Positions 1 to 13,255 are shown, numbered from the stretch's first letter. The stretch: 64,000 bases of DNA from Callorhinchus milii (GCF_018977255.1 NW_024704742.1:115446001-115510000); one strand, 5' to 3'. The notes: generated by a model not told the origin, from the letters alone. Translations and numbers: made by a program.

Positions 1-417
1 ACTTTCCTTTGATTTACTCCCCATATAATTTGCCACTGTACTCATGACAGTAGCCAAGGTCAGCAGTAACCCAAATCACATTAAGTTAGAGCTCGTGGAG
101 GCAAGAACAGTAATGTTGGACTATGTTTTAATGACAACATCCCCATTTCAAAAGAACACAAGATTAGTTTGGATGAAGAAGACCTATCCAATCTCATCTC
201 TCCAGAACACCCACCTTATTGTCTTCCTATCACAGCATCAAGCTGCTTTTTAAAAGACTCGTGTCCTGGCCTCTTCCTGAAGTGATTCTGCAGTTAAACA
301 TGACCCTGGAAAGCTAGCAGAGTGTGACTTTGGGGGTGAATATTACTCATAGAGTTCCTTGGCCAGTTTGTTCTGGACTTTGTTGATATTCAGTTGCCTT
401 CTTTCTTTTCTCAATAG

Positions 418-500
418 GTCAGAAAATCCTTCACCACAGAAGTGATGTTTTGGAAACAGTTGTCCTCATTAACCCTTCTGATGAGGCAGTGAGCACTGAG
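418..500 (+). CDS. MAP1B: MAP1B internal coding exon (probably equivalent to mammalian exon 3), 83 bp
   Basis: Acceptor ttttctcaatAG (416-417), donor GAG|gtaagg. Translates to (G)QKILHHRSDVLETVVLINPSDEAVSTE, the MAP1B N-terminal sequence; ends in phase 0, matching the next exon. Confidence 0.95.
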
Positions 501-3013
501 GTAAGGTATCCAGTAGGAGGTGCATGAAGGGATGGTAAAGTATAATAAATAGGACACAGATGATCCTATGCTTTAACCTTGGGATGTCCTCCCGACGTGA
601 AAGGAGCTTCATAAATGTAATTTGTTGTTGTTCCTGAAAAACCCTGGAGTTTTAGTAGATTGAGGAATTTATAGTATTATGTAATAATAATAATAATAAT
701 AATAAATGTCATAAGGGAGGTGGGTGGAACTAGAATGACTGGGTTTGGGTTATTTTCAAATGCAAGTCCTGTTATCCATGCATTATATTGCGTTTTTTGG
801 AAATTTATGAGGGTGCTTATGATCTATTCAGATCTCTGAGTGAAATATGAATTATTTAATGTATATAATATGCTCTTACTCAAGTTTATATAGATATATA
901 TATGGCTTCAATATCCCTGGCCCAGGGAGGCAAAATAAACAGTTCAGGTTTCTGTTCCTATCTAGTGTCCCTGGGATAGAAAGTGCATGTATGTGGACAT
1001 AGGGCTCAGACAAGGTCAAGTGCACTTGTTATGATAATAATAATCCTTGCATTTGATATAGCGCCTTAAAATACATCTGAGACGTCTCAAAGCGCATCAC
1101 AGAATATACTGTAAAGTGAATTGACTGTATATTTTGTGGGCACTTTGAGATACCTCCACAATGTGATAAAGCGCTATATCAAAATGTAAGGACTAGTATT
1201 ATTATTAATACAAGTCCCACTTTTGACAACATACATGACATGAATTAAACTGTACCATTCTCTAAAGGACAACATGCTAAAGCCTTTCGGAATGCCCAGA
1301 AAGTACATTTGCATTTTTAAAATAAGTATTTCAGCCCACTCTCTACTCAGATTAGTAGATTGTTATTATAATGAATAAAGATTACTTCCAAGAATTTCAA
1401 ACAGATGTTCACATTGATACAACTAGATAGATAATGTTTAGAACCACTGCATGGATGTTTGAGGCAGAGTTGTGACAGAGATAGCAGTAAATGGAAGTAA
1501 CAGGGGCAATATGATTTTTTCACCCATTTCATAGTCGACCAGTCTGATATTGTAAATCATTACAGGTTTTGTGTGGGTGACATGAAGGTTTAAAAAAAAT
1601 TCAATCCTTGAATTGCCTCTTTTTACATCTTTAAATTGGTTTTGACCTCCAAAGACTAAATGTGATTAAAGACTTGTGATGCTAATAGGGCAATAGCTTT
1701 AATTCACACCCTAAGGAAGTAATTCTGCTGTTTATAAAATAATACCTTTCACACATCTTGGCTTCCAGCCTAAACCAGCTGCTGTTAAAGGATGACCAAT
1801 TCTCCAGTGGCTTCCAAACAGTGAACAGGACCTATCATTTTAATTTAGAGGAACTGAAATAAATTACCCTGACTCCAACAGGAAGCTTTGGGATGAAATC
1901 TAATATTGTGACGTTGTAGAATTGAACTGAAGCCTGTTTGTCTGGCCTCTGCTGATAACCCTCGCTTCAAGTGAAGAGACGTTGCAACAGGAAGTCACTC
2001 AATACATCTTCAGCAAATTTAAATTTAATTGCAATTTGATGGTAGAATCTGAATTATCTAGAGGGAGAAAAATCACTCAGCTCTTTGGCTTGTTAGTTTT
2101 AGATCACCTTCTCAATTCTGATGAACAATGGAAGCATTTGAAGTTATAGTCCCTGCATTTGATATATCTCTTAAAGAGCTTCACAAACTTTTATTGTGCA
2201 GTGTAGGCCCTATGTATTTGTAGATGAATGTGGCAGCCAATTTGCACACAGCATTACGCATGCGCAGTGTAGATTGTTAATTAAATTGGATTTTGTATGA
2301 CTTTTACAGTTTTTACACAGCTCGGACTTTGCGTAGATCATATTAAATGTTATAGTCCAGACTGATAAAACTTATGTGAGTTTTACTGTACAGTAAAGTG
2401 TATTTTATTGTATACAAATTGTTTATTGTGTAAAGATGTTTGGTGTTTACATATAGCATGGAAGTACAGTATCATTGTCCTTTAATACACTACAGTACAT
2501 CTTCTGAGAACTGCACAGAAGTAAGTGATAGGAAACAGAAAATAAGCATATTGATAAGACACATATGCCTCTACATAAACATACACCTATATTGTACTTA
2601 AACGAATTTCAACAAATAAGTTGACAATCGTGAGGCCTGGGGTTGTGCGCAGGTGCAGGATGTTGTTGTAGGTCTTCCTGGCTTACAGTGACCCTAGTGG
2701 CCTCGCGGAGGACTTGTGCCTACATAGTTAGTCCTCATAAAGAGTCACTGAGCTATTTCCCTTTGGAGTGACGATATATCAGGAGTTTACTGTCGTTTGT
2801 GGGAATCATTGCACCCTAGCAGTCTATGGCACAGTTGAATTGTCAGTGCACTCTATATCTTATTATGTGAATACTGAGCAAGGTGCATTAATAATAATAA
2901 TAATAATCCTTGCATTGGTTCTGCATTATTGAGAGCCACTAACCACTGCTGTAATAGCTGGAACTCTCACTGCAGGGCTGTTCGAGAACTAAAATATGAT
3001 GCTCTCTTGCCAG

Positions 3014-3154
3014 GTCCGCTTGATGATCACTGATGCTGCTCGCCACAAGCTGCTGGTGCTGACCGGACAGTGCTTTGAAAACACAGGAGAACTGATCCTT
3101 CAATCTGGCTCATTCTCATTTCAGAATTTCATTGAAATTTTCACTGATCAGGAG
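3014..3154 (+). CDS. MAP1B: MAP1B internal coding exon, 141 bp
   Basis: ctcttgccAG|GTC ... GAG|gtgagt. Translates to VRLMITDAARHKLLVLTGQCFENTGELILQSGSFSFQNFIEIFTDQE; phase 0/0. Confidence 0.96.
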
Positions 3155-4941
3155 GTGAGTATCTGAAAATGCCAACACTGATTTGTATTGGAGCCTCATT
3201 TTAGTTTCAGTTTTGGCATTGCAGAATAGCACATTGCCAATAGAGTGAGCTGTCTAATGTGGTGGTAGTCAACAATGTTTTGGAGCCGAAGTTTCAAGCG
3301 TAACAAAAAGACTGTTGTTAATAAAGCCTGCTCACTACTGCTGTCTTGAAAAGTGTAGAGCAAGCAGTTTTGCTTACATTCAATCACTTCTTCTTAGCAA
3401 AGCAGAAATGTCCTAACAATAAAACAGCTGACTTGGGAATGCTTTTAAAACCCAGGCAGTCTTGGAAAACACATCACAATTGGATTCAGAACCACAGTGA
3501 ATCATGTCTGACCTTGGAATGTTTAATTGTAATTAATTTTCCTAAATACAACCCTTTAAAGCAGATGCAGTGAAGTCTTTTGTTGCCTGTTTCCATTTAT
3601 CAGCCAAAAGGGTTGCCGCGAGTTGCGAATGACCAGGCTTCGCTCTAGTTTTATATTGCTCGTCTTAGAGAAGCATTAATAATCGATGGTTTTGCATTAC
3701 AAAAAAACAAAGTAAAACTGTCTGGCAAGCTTTCTCTGTTCTTGTCCAGCTAGGACCACAATTAAGGTTTTGGCTTGCAGGGTTAACAGGAGCTGAGTAG
3801 GATGATTCCCTATCCCCAGTGACTAGTCCGCCCTTCCAAGGCCTGCCGAGTTGCCAGGCTGATTGTGTGGTCATCAGCAGTGCCCTGGAATACTGCAGCT
3901 CACCTGGTTTAGGAACCGGACTACTGAGACCACCACAAGGGACTGGCTCGATTCCAATATTCCATTACCCAATATGTCATCCTGGAGCCAATTCAGCTCC
4001 AAGGAGAGACCCCTTTTACCTCCCTCCCCGGAGGATAAGGTGTAACAAGCTGATCACATGCTGCAAATGAATACTGTTCCCTTATTTGCTTCATTTAGAA
4101 TAAGCCATGAAAACTTGCATCTGACTGGTTAAAGAACATGAGCGAAACACGGTTAAACATCCAAATGTAATAGTGCATAAATATTTTGCAAAACATCCGT
4201 ACAGGCTAACATAGAGAATGCCTTAAGTATGTACCCTCAAATCAGTTGTGTTGAGTTAATGGGTGATGTGTAACACTTCTCTGTAGATTGGGTTTCCCTG
4301 GATTGGGTTTGCTGGACTTGGATTTCTCAGAGCATTGGTACAATAACACAAATTAAGAGTTTGAAAAGGTTTCTTTCAGAAATCTTCTCATTTCTCTGGG
4401 TCTTGAATCTGAAATAAGAAGAGAACAGTGGCAACATGTAGATGCACATGAAAATGTGGGCGAAAAGGTGCAGTTTTTGGAAGTTGGAAATTGATAATTC
4501 AAGATATATAGATTGTAAAGTTCAGGGTTATTGAAAGAATATGAAGGTTTTTAGAAACAAAGTGACAATAATTCAGTATTATTTGACTCCATAATCTATC
4601 AAATTACAATTTCCTCAAGACAGTTGTTTTGGCTGGTAACACAGGAATTTCCATGTGTCAGTGGCATGAATTGGGACTCTTAAACATGGTGAATGGTTTC
4701 CACATGTGTCAGATACCCGCAAAAAATATTGCCTGATAAGATTAGGATGGTGTCTGTAAGACATTTTTAAAATAATTATTTTGCAATATTTTTTGGTGTA
4801 TTTCCAATCTGAATATTTCTGCTAAAGCCATTACCCTTTGGGGGTTAATAGGCTGCAGTGGAAGGATTTTGTAAAGGGAAGCACTGAAGCAATTGGGGTC
4901 ATTTGCAAATTGCTAAGTATTATCTTTTATTCTGCTGCTAG

Positions 4942-7900
4942 ATTGGAGAATTGCTGAGCAATATACATCCTGCTAGCAAAGCCAGCCTTACATTGTTCTG
5001 CCCTGAAGAAGGCGATTGGAAAAACACAAACCTGGAAAAGCATAACCTTCAGGATTTCATCAATATAAAACTGAACTCGGTCTCTATTTTACCAGAAATG
5101 GAAGGACTTTCAGAATTCACTGAATATCTTTCAGAATCAGTAGAGGTACCATCATCCTTTGATGTATTGGAACCACCGACTTCTGGGGGCTTCCTCAAAC
5201 TGTCCAAGCCTTGCTGCTATATTTTTCCTGGCGGGAGAGGTGACTCTGCTTTGTTTGCTGTGAACGGATTTAACATGCTTATAAATGGTGGCTCAGATCG
5301 CAAGTCATGCTTCTGGAAACTGGTCCGCCATTTGGACAGAGTAGACTCCATTCTACTCACCCACAATGGAGCTGATAATCTCCCTGGGGTCAATAGTCTG
5401 TTGCAACGTAAAATAGCAGAACTAGAAGAAGAGCAGTCACAGGGCTCCACCGCTAACAGTGACTGGATGAAAAACCTCATCTCACCAGAGCTAGGAGTTG
5501 TATTTCTAAATGTGCCAGAAAACCTAACAAACCTGGAGCCTAATTTCAGAGTCAGGAGAAGTACCGAGGAGACCTGCCTTACCCTCCAATACTTAAACAA
5601 ATTGTCTATAAAACCAGAGCCCTTATATAGGACTGTGGGAAACGCCATTGATCCAGTCATATTGTTTCAGAAAATGGGTGTCGGCAGACTGGAAATGTAC
5701 ATTCTCAATCCAGTCAAAGGGAGCAAAGAACTCCAATTTTTCATGCAACATTGGTCCAGCAATAACAAAGCTAAGACTGGAATAGTGCTGCCAAATGGCA
5801 AAGATGCGGAAATTTCATTTCCATATTTAACTTCAATATCGTCTCTGATAGTATGGCATCCAGCTAATCCTGGTGAAAAAATAGTCCGGGCCCTGTTCCC
5901 AGGAAATGCCTCACAATACAACGTGCTGGAAGGTCTAGAAAAACTCAAACATTTGGATTTTTTGAAACACCCAGTTGTAACTCAAAAGGAGCTAACAGCT
6001 AGTCTGGCTGCTTCAACCGTGAAACAGACCAAGATGAAGCAAAGGACTGACAGCAAAGAGAGTCTCAAATCCACTCCCAGGCCACTCAGCAGTAAAGGAA
6101 TTAAGAAGGATGTCAACGAAGTGAAATCCGAGGTAGCAAAACTTGCTCAGCAAGAGGAGGACAAGGAAAAATCTCCAAAGGTTGAGAAGAAAGAAAAACC
6201 TTTAGTTAAAAAGGAAAAGGCCAAACCGGAATCACAGACAAAGCCGGAGGAGAAGGAAACAAAATCAAAAGATATAACAGCTAAGCAGGAGCTCAATGAA
6301 AAAATGCAGGCTGATGAGAAACAGAAGTCTGAGAGCAAACCCAAACTTGTGAAAGAAAAGGTTGTGAAGAAAGAGGTTAAAGCAAGAAAACCCGAGGAGA
6401 AGAAAAAAGAGGAAAAAGAAGTAAAGAAAGAGACTGGGAAAACGGAATCGGTTAAAGAAGACAAGGTGGCTGTTAAAAAAGAGAAAGTTAAAAAGGAGGA
6501 GAAACCTAAAAGAGAAGAAATCAAGAAGGACGTGAAGAAAGAAATTAAAAAGGAAGTGAAGAAGGACAGTAAAACAGAAATAAAAAAGGAAGGAAAAGAA
6601 GAAAAGAAAGATAGCAAAAAAGATGAAAAAGATGTGAAGAAGGATGTAAAGAAACCTGTTAAGGAGGTGAAAAAAGCTCCAGTTGCTCCAGCTGAGGTCA
6701 AGAAATTACCAGCAAAACCCAAAGTGCAAAAGAAAAATGTGTCTGAACCAATAAAGAAAGAAGATAGTGCTGCAGGTAAAGCAAAGGACAAAGGCAAACC
6801 AAAGCCAGCCAAGAAAGACAGCAAAATGGCAGAGGGCAAAGGTGCTCGGCCAGGAGCAGCAGGTAAAGTGGCAGCAATAGCAGCAGCTGCTGGAGTGGCA
6901 ACAGCAACGGCTGCATTGACCTCAGTTGAACTTGACATTGAACGATCACTGATGTCTTCACCTGAAGATCTAACAAAGGACTTTGAAGAACTTAAGGATG
7001 AAGAAATAAGGGACATCGAAGAACATGTACCAGAAAAAGAGCCCATAAGCAATCAAGTGCAAGAAGCTATACTAGATGAAAAGGAAGCACTGAGAAATGC
7101 TTTGGAGACTGCTGAATCTCCTGATGAAGGAATAACTACCACAGAAGCCGAAGGCGAATCACCTCAGGATGATATTGAAGCTGGAGATAAGGTGACAGTA
7201 GAACCATGTGAGAGATTTGAGGATGAAGGGACTGGCTTTGAGGAATCGTCTGAACCTGGAGACTATGAAGAAAAGGCTGAAACTGAAGATGTTGAGGAGG
7301 TGCCTGACTATTTAGCAGAAAGGAAGCCATTGAGCACCAATGAACAAATTGAGCGTAAAGTTACTGAGGAAAAAGTTGAAGATGAAGATATTGAAGGAGA
7401 AGAATTAATCGAAACTGAAGAACTAGAAGTTGAAGATATACTAGAAAAAGGAGAGATAGAAGAATCTGAGGGAAGAGTGGATCATAAAGAACATGGGAAA
7501 TTTCATCTTAAAGCAGTGGAAACTGAACAAGAGTCTGAAGATGAAGAACATAGACTAGGTGATAGCAAAGAAGCTGAAATTTATGGAGAGGAAAAACTCC
7601 ATGATACTAAGTACATTGAGACAAATAAAGAAAAGGTCCCATCTCCTTGCGAAACTTTGACTAAACTCTCTGCACTTCAGTCTTTTGTTGAACAAGCATC
7701 TCCGATCCTCGATGAGACTATACCCGTGGATTTTGAAAGTGAAACAACAGGTTCTGATGAAGAAACCCACGAAGAGCCTCCAGAAGAATTTACAGCTACC
7801 TCAGGCTTCACTCACTCTACAATTGAAATCTCTAGTGAGCCTACTCCAATGGATGAGATGTCTACACCTAGAGACATTATGAGTGATGAAACCACTAATG

Positions 7901-10900
7901 AAGAAACTGAGTTCCCTACTCAGGAGTTTGTGAGCATGACAAAGTTTGATGCTCTTTCCCTTCCACAGAGTCACGAAGGAGCCAAGCTTTCTCCTCCTAC
8001 CGACACTTACAATGGTCGCTCATTAGAAAATTCAAAAACTGATGTAACGCAAGGAGATGATTATCAGGCTTCAGCCTCAACTATATCTCCTTCATCTTCT
8101 CTGGAGGAAGACAGATCCTTTAGGCCTCCATCAATTGCTGCCCAATTTCCCAAACATGATGCATTTGAAAAACAGGAGGAAAAAGAAGTTGAAGATCAAA
8201 GGAAAGATCTTGAAACTAAACTGAGTCCAGCAAGGAGTCCAGATGCAACTTCGCCACAGGCTAAAACACCTTTAAGTGACCGTAATGTCAACTTTGATTT
8301 GACTCCATCAGAAATCAAGGCATCTGCAGGGTTTACAGCACCTATTCCTGATAGTTCTCATGATGTTCCTGATGAGCATTGCCCAAGTCCTGAGGAAAAG
8401 ACCCTGGAAATGGCATCTCCCACACAGTCTGGCCCTCCCAGTGCAGGCCACACCCCTTTCTATCAGTCGCCAGTGGATGAGAAATCTAGTCATGTTCCTG
8501 AAATACCTGAAAAGCTCCCAACTCCAATTATTATTGAGACTGATGATATGAGAGATGATGAGACAAGTCCAAGGTATAGCCCCATGGATGAACCTGTCCC
8601 TGATTCAGACTCGCCTGTAGAAAAAGTTTTGTCTCCTCTCCGTAGTCCTCCATTGTTTGGTTCCAGTTCGCCTCTTGAAAGTTCTTCAAACGAAGATGTA
8701 GAGTGCCCAGTGCAGTTTCTCGAAGGTGCACTGGAACTGAAGAACAATAAGGCTAAGCTCCATTCTTTGATCCGTCCTTATCCATTTGATGGTTTTTCAT
8801 CCAGTATTCCCAAACCTGAAAAAGAACAGGTAGGGGACTTTGCGTTTTTGCCTCCTAAAGATAGTGTTTGTCAGGAAACCACAGTAGAGAAAACTGCTGC
8901 AATTAGCCTCCCATCCCTTGGACCCTTTGCGCCACATAGAATGGCAGGAGAATTGTCCCCAACATTGGTAGATTTCAGCCAAATTGGATCTGTTAAGGAA
9001 GACAGCAAAATGTCTATTTCTGAAGGAACCACATCGGACAAATCAGCCACTCCTGTTGATGAGGTTGTAGCAGAAGATACTTACTCCCACATAGAAGGTG
9101 TGGCTTCAGCTTCAACAGCATCACTTGCCACAAGCTCCTTTCCTGAACCAACAGCGGATGATGTGTCTCCTTCATTACATGCTGAAGTGGGGTCCCCTCA
9201 TTCAACTGAAGTGGATGAATCCCTTTCAGTGTCTGTTGTGCAAACACCAACAGCTTTCCATGAAACCGAAATATCGCCTTCCAGAGAAGACTGCCCAAGG
9301 CCAATGTCAATCTCTCCTCCTGACGCCTCTCCAAAAACTGCAAAGTTCAGAACTCCAGTACAGGAAGCTCGATCACCTGAGCAGTCAACAATGTCTGTGG
9401 AGTTTAGCCAAGAATCACCTGAACAGTCTTTGGCATTGGACTTTAGCAGGCAGTCTCCTGAACAGCCTCCAGTTAACACTGACTTTCAGCATATATCTGA
9501 AAATGGACCAACTGAAGTAGACTACAGTCCATCTGATTTGCAAGAGCCTGACTTTGTCCAACGTGTTTTGCCTGCGTTTGACAGACCATTCTGTGGTCAG
9601 GAGAGAGAGCATTTGCAATTTGGTTCAACTCCTCCAACGGAGGCTTCCCCATCAACTTCATCTGCTCGTACACCACAGACAACATCTCCATTGCAGGAAG
9701 AGTATGGCATTTATACTTCAATGCCACCTGCCTATCCATCGATTAGACCAGCTGTTTCTGGAGAGCCGCTCCTATCAGAGAGGGTAGCGGCTGAAGGACA
9801 GGAGGATCTACAAATGTTTCCTCTATCGCAGTCTCCTTCATTTGCAAAAGAAGTGTCTCATTTACACACATCTGATTCATTCAGCGCTACTGTGCTACAA
9901 GGGCCGACTTCACCTCATGCGCCAGTGGTATCGTCAATGTTCTCTTCTTCAAATGAAACCTCTGCTCTTTACGCACCACCTTCAATACCAGAGCCTGTCT
10001 CCCCACGCGGCAAAGTTCCAGCCATCAAGTCGGACATTGAAGAAATGGAAATATTTAGCAGAGTGCAAGATAAGGCTAAACATCTAAGTGAGCCTGAAGA
10101 TGGATATTTTGTATCTAGAACATCACATTCAACAGAGGCTCAACGCAGTGTTGACACATGCTTTAAGACTCCTACTTCTTTCAAGCACCATTACACTGAT
10201 CTCTCCCCTTCTTTCATCAATCCAAGCCCCCTTGAATTTTTTGGCCAAGAAGATGAGCCTGAGGAGATTGAGAGACCATTGACCCAGGGTGGAGGAGCCC
10301 AGCCACCATCCGGTGGAAAGATTCCACAACGTCAGTGTGATGAGACCTCAACAACTTCACTTAGTGAATCATTCCCATCTCACAGTGATTCAGATGTTCC
10401 TCCTGAGACAGAGGAATGTCCTTCCATAACAGCAGATGCCGCCTTAGATTCAGAAGATGAATCAGAAACTCTTCCTACAGACAGAACGCTTGTGCATAGA
10501 CAAATAGATCCCCCGCCTGCTCCATTAATGGACCCTAGCCCACCACCACCAAATCCTGATGTTTGTATGATGGATCCTGAAGCAATGCCAACTGACCCGA
10601 TCATGGCAAAGGCGGATAAACCTTTGAAAAAAGAAGTGAAGGAGAGGGCAAAGACCAAAAAACAAACCGTCAAGACCAAGTCTTCCTCCCCTTCGAGAAA
10701 AACGGATAGCAAGCCAAAGCATTCCAGTGCTCCTTCCCGAACAGTGTCCGTCCGGGAATCACCTGCAAAAACAGCTTCTCCTAAGAAGAAAGATTCTGTA
10801 GAGAAGCCAGCAAAGGCCAGTGCCAATCCAGATGTGAAGTCTGCTCGAAGTGAAGACAAAGATAAGGAGGCTAAGAATACTACCAACACCTCACATTCTA

Positions 10901-10933
10901 AATCCACACATGCTACAAAAAATATGAGTACAG
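4942..10933 (+). CDS. MAP1B: MAP1B giant exon (5992 bp): conserved N-terminal region, KKE-repeat microtubule-binding region, acidic and Ser/Pro-rich region, start of light chain LC1
   Basis: tctgctgctAG|ATTGGAGAA (IGELLS...), donor ACAG|gtaaag in phase 1. Corresponds to ORF 4951-11007 with the MAP1 motifs PCCYIFPGGRGDSALFAVNGFNML, KKE/KKEE repeats, SLMSSPEDLTKDFEEL and DSDVPPETEECPSITADA. Confidence 0.97.
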
Positions 10934-11829
10934 GTAAAGTGAAAAACTTGTGCAAAGTGCTTCATTTCATTCTATTTAATAAATTAATTAGACTCAGGAT
11001 ATCATAACCCTCTTGAGTACTGAATGCATTCTGAGTACAGCTTTACTGTTTTATAACCTTGCTATCCTCTAAACTCATAAACATTCATTTATTTCAATTT
11101 CATTATGGATAACCTATCAGAAATGTGCAGGACTATTGTTCTAAAATCCCAGTACTCTTGGATTGAACTCTTCTTGTTATTTCTGATTTGGGCAGATGAA
11201 TCCCTCTGCAGTCTTAAAGATTTAGACAATGTGTCAGCTAACTTGTTTTTTCCAAATATCGCTCTTCTGATTAAATTGTCAAATAAATAACATTTATTTT
11301 ATAAATAAAACTAATCAAATAAATTAACAAATAAAATTGGTCACTCAGGCTGTTTGTGGGACATTGCTGTGCGCAAACCGGCTGCCACATTTCATTCACT
11401 AAATACAGTCAATCCATTTTGAAGCACTTTGAGACATCTCAATGACATGATAAGGCTCTATATCAAATGCAGGGATTATTTATTATATGCCCATCTCCCG
11501 ATTGTTTATTTTCACTGTCAATACAAAACAGTTATAATGTTGTAAATTCCAAGTGGCTTACAAAGAACGTACAGCACGGAAACAGGCCACTTGGCTCCAC
11601 CAGTCCATGCTTGTGGTTGTGCTTGCTTTATCTGTCATTTATAGATTGATCAGAATAAGCATTTTAATAAATCCAGTTCTATTTGATATATTTAGGTAGT
11701 AATAAATGAGAGGTGAATTTATTTAGTACTTGAAGTAAAGTACTGTGATATTTGTGCTTTATCTGATGCTAAAAGTGGAGTTCAAAGCATATGTGCACTT
11801 GCAGTGTTTACACTATTTCCCAGTACTTG

Positions 11830-12190
11830 TTTGTTTGCCAGTTTTCTTCCTCTCCTGAAGGCACTAACTCCTGCCTGGGTGCAGGTCCATGGGCAATAGC
11901 TGCCTCCAGTAGCAAGTGATCATTCTTTATGTCTGAGCTTAGCAAATTCTTTCCTGAGCCACAACTAATCCTATCTTTACTTGATGTCCATACATACCCA
12001 GCATTTTACAGAGGGAGCCGTGGGATAGAGATCAACCACAACAACTTGCACTTATATAATGCCCTCCAAGCAGGGTAGCGTCTCGGAGATCAGAGAAGAA
12101 GTCTGGCTAACCATGCTTTCTGCCTGGCCCACAAAAAACAATTGTAACATCTCAACTGCTACCTGAGCTGAGATCAGCTAATTTAGTACA
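11830..12190 (-). mobile_element. Ancient degenerate SINE-like repeat (further copies near 910-1030, 19860-20010, 34780-34990, 44090-44620, 53300-53570, 59980-60300)
   Basis: Shared diverged motifs such as ctcctgaaggcactaactcc, gccattcttcatg, tccacacgcatactttccag and ctgagatcagc. MER131-like by recollection only. Confidence 0.45.
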
Positions 12191-13016
12191 ATTACATCTC
12201 CGATTGTACCTCCAGTTACACATGGGGTAGAGCTACTCTTAGTAGCATTTTACTCTCAAAGATACTGAGGCAGCCTTCCAGTACTTTTTATTCTTATTAG
12301 AGATGATCCTTATTAGAGTCAGTACGTTCAGGTGAGGAAGAAAACTGGCAAACAAACAAGTGCTGGGAAATAGTGTAAACACTGCAAGTGCAGATATGCT
12401 TTGCACTCCTATTTTATTCTGTATTAGCACAAGGAAAATGTGGTATATTACAGTTTATTATTGCTTCCACTAAATAATTTTTAACAGCAGCATTGAGCAA
12501 TTCAGACTCTTTTAAATGATAAATGAAGTCTAAAAGGAATAATTTCTGTGCACATTTTTCCCTTCAAGAGAAACAATATGTACTTACAATATTGTTGTTC
12601 AGGAATACAACATTAACAACAACAACTTGTATTTATATAGTGCCCCTCACGCAGGATAGCATTTCAGAGAGTTTAAATAGGTGTGATATTATTCTTCACT
12701 TGTCAGTACATTTATTGGTCTCGGTGGTATTTGCTTATCATGAGATTGTCCCATTACTTCACCCTCAAAATACACAGTCAATCCACTTTACATTGTATTC
12801 TGTGAAGTGCTTTGAGACATCTCAACGACATGATAATGCACTATATCAAATGCAACGATTACTATTATTACTATAATCACCACATGAAGGTCAAGAGACG
12901 TTCCAATAAGTCCAGAAAAAATCTTGTTTGCTGCCCAGGTCTACACATTTGCTGACAGGCAAAGAATAACCCCAGAACAGAGGATTGTTTTGAAACCTGT
13001 TATTTTTTTATTTAAG

Positions 13017-13255
13017 GTTCCAGCAGCAGTAAGGCAGCACTTGTACCCTCAGTGCCCCCTGGACCCCCTGTGTACCTGGATCTGGTGTACATTCCCAACC
13101 ACTGCAGTGCCAAGAACGTGGATGCAGAGTTCTTCAAACGAGTGAGATCTTCCTACTATGTTGTGAGTGGAAACGACCAGGCAGCTGAGGAACCCAGCAA
13201 GGCTGTTCTGGATGCTCTTCTGGAGGGGAAGGCTCAGTGGGGAAATAACCTGCAG
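13017..13255 (+). CDS. MAP1B: MAP1B penultimate exon (LC1), 239 bp
   Basis: tttatttaAG|GTTCC ... CTGCAG|gtatgg. Translates to (G)SSSSKAALVPSVPPGPPVYLDLVYIPNHCSAKNVDAEFFKRVRSSYYVVSGNDQAAEEPSKAVLDALLEGKAQWGNNLQ; phase 1 in, phase 0 out. Confidence 0.96.

Noticed and set aside
6147..7052. 301-aa antisense ORF (also 5217-5660, 10380-10955 and other ORFs overlapping MAP1B)
   Set aside because: Shadow frames of the Lys/Glu-rich coding strand with low-complexity F/S/L composition; no independent evidence.
4951..11007. 2018-aa ORF as a stand-alone intronless gene
   Set aside because: It starts at TTG inside a spliced exon. The real borders are the acceptor at 4941 and the donor at 10934.
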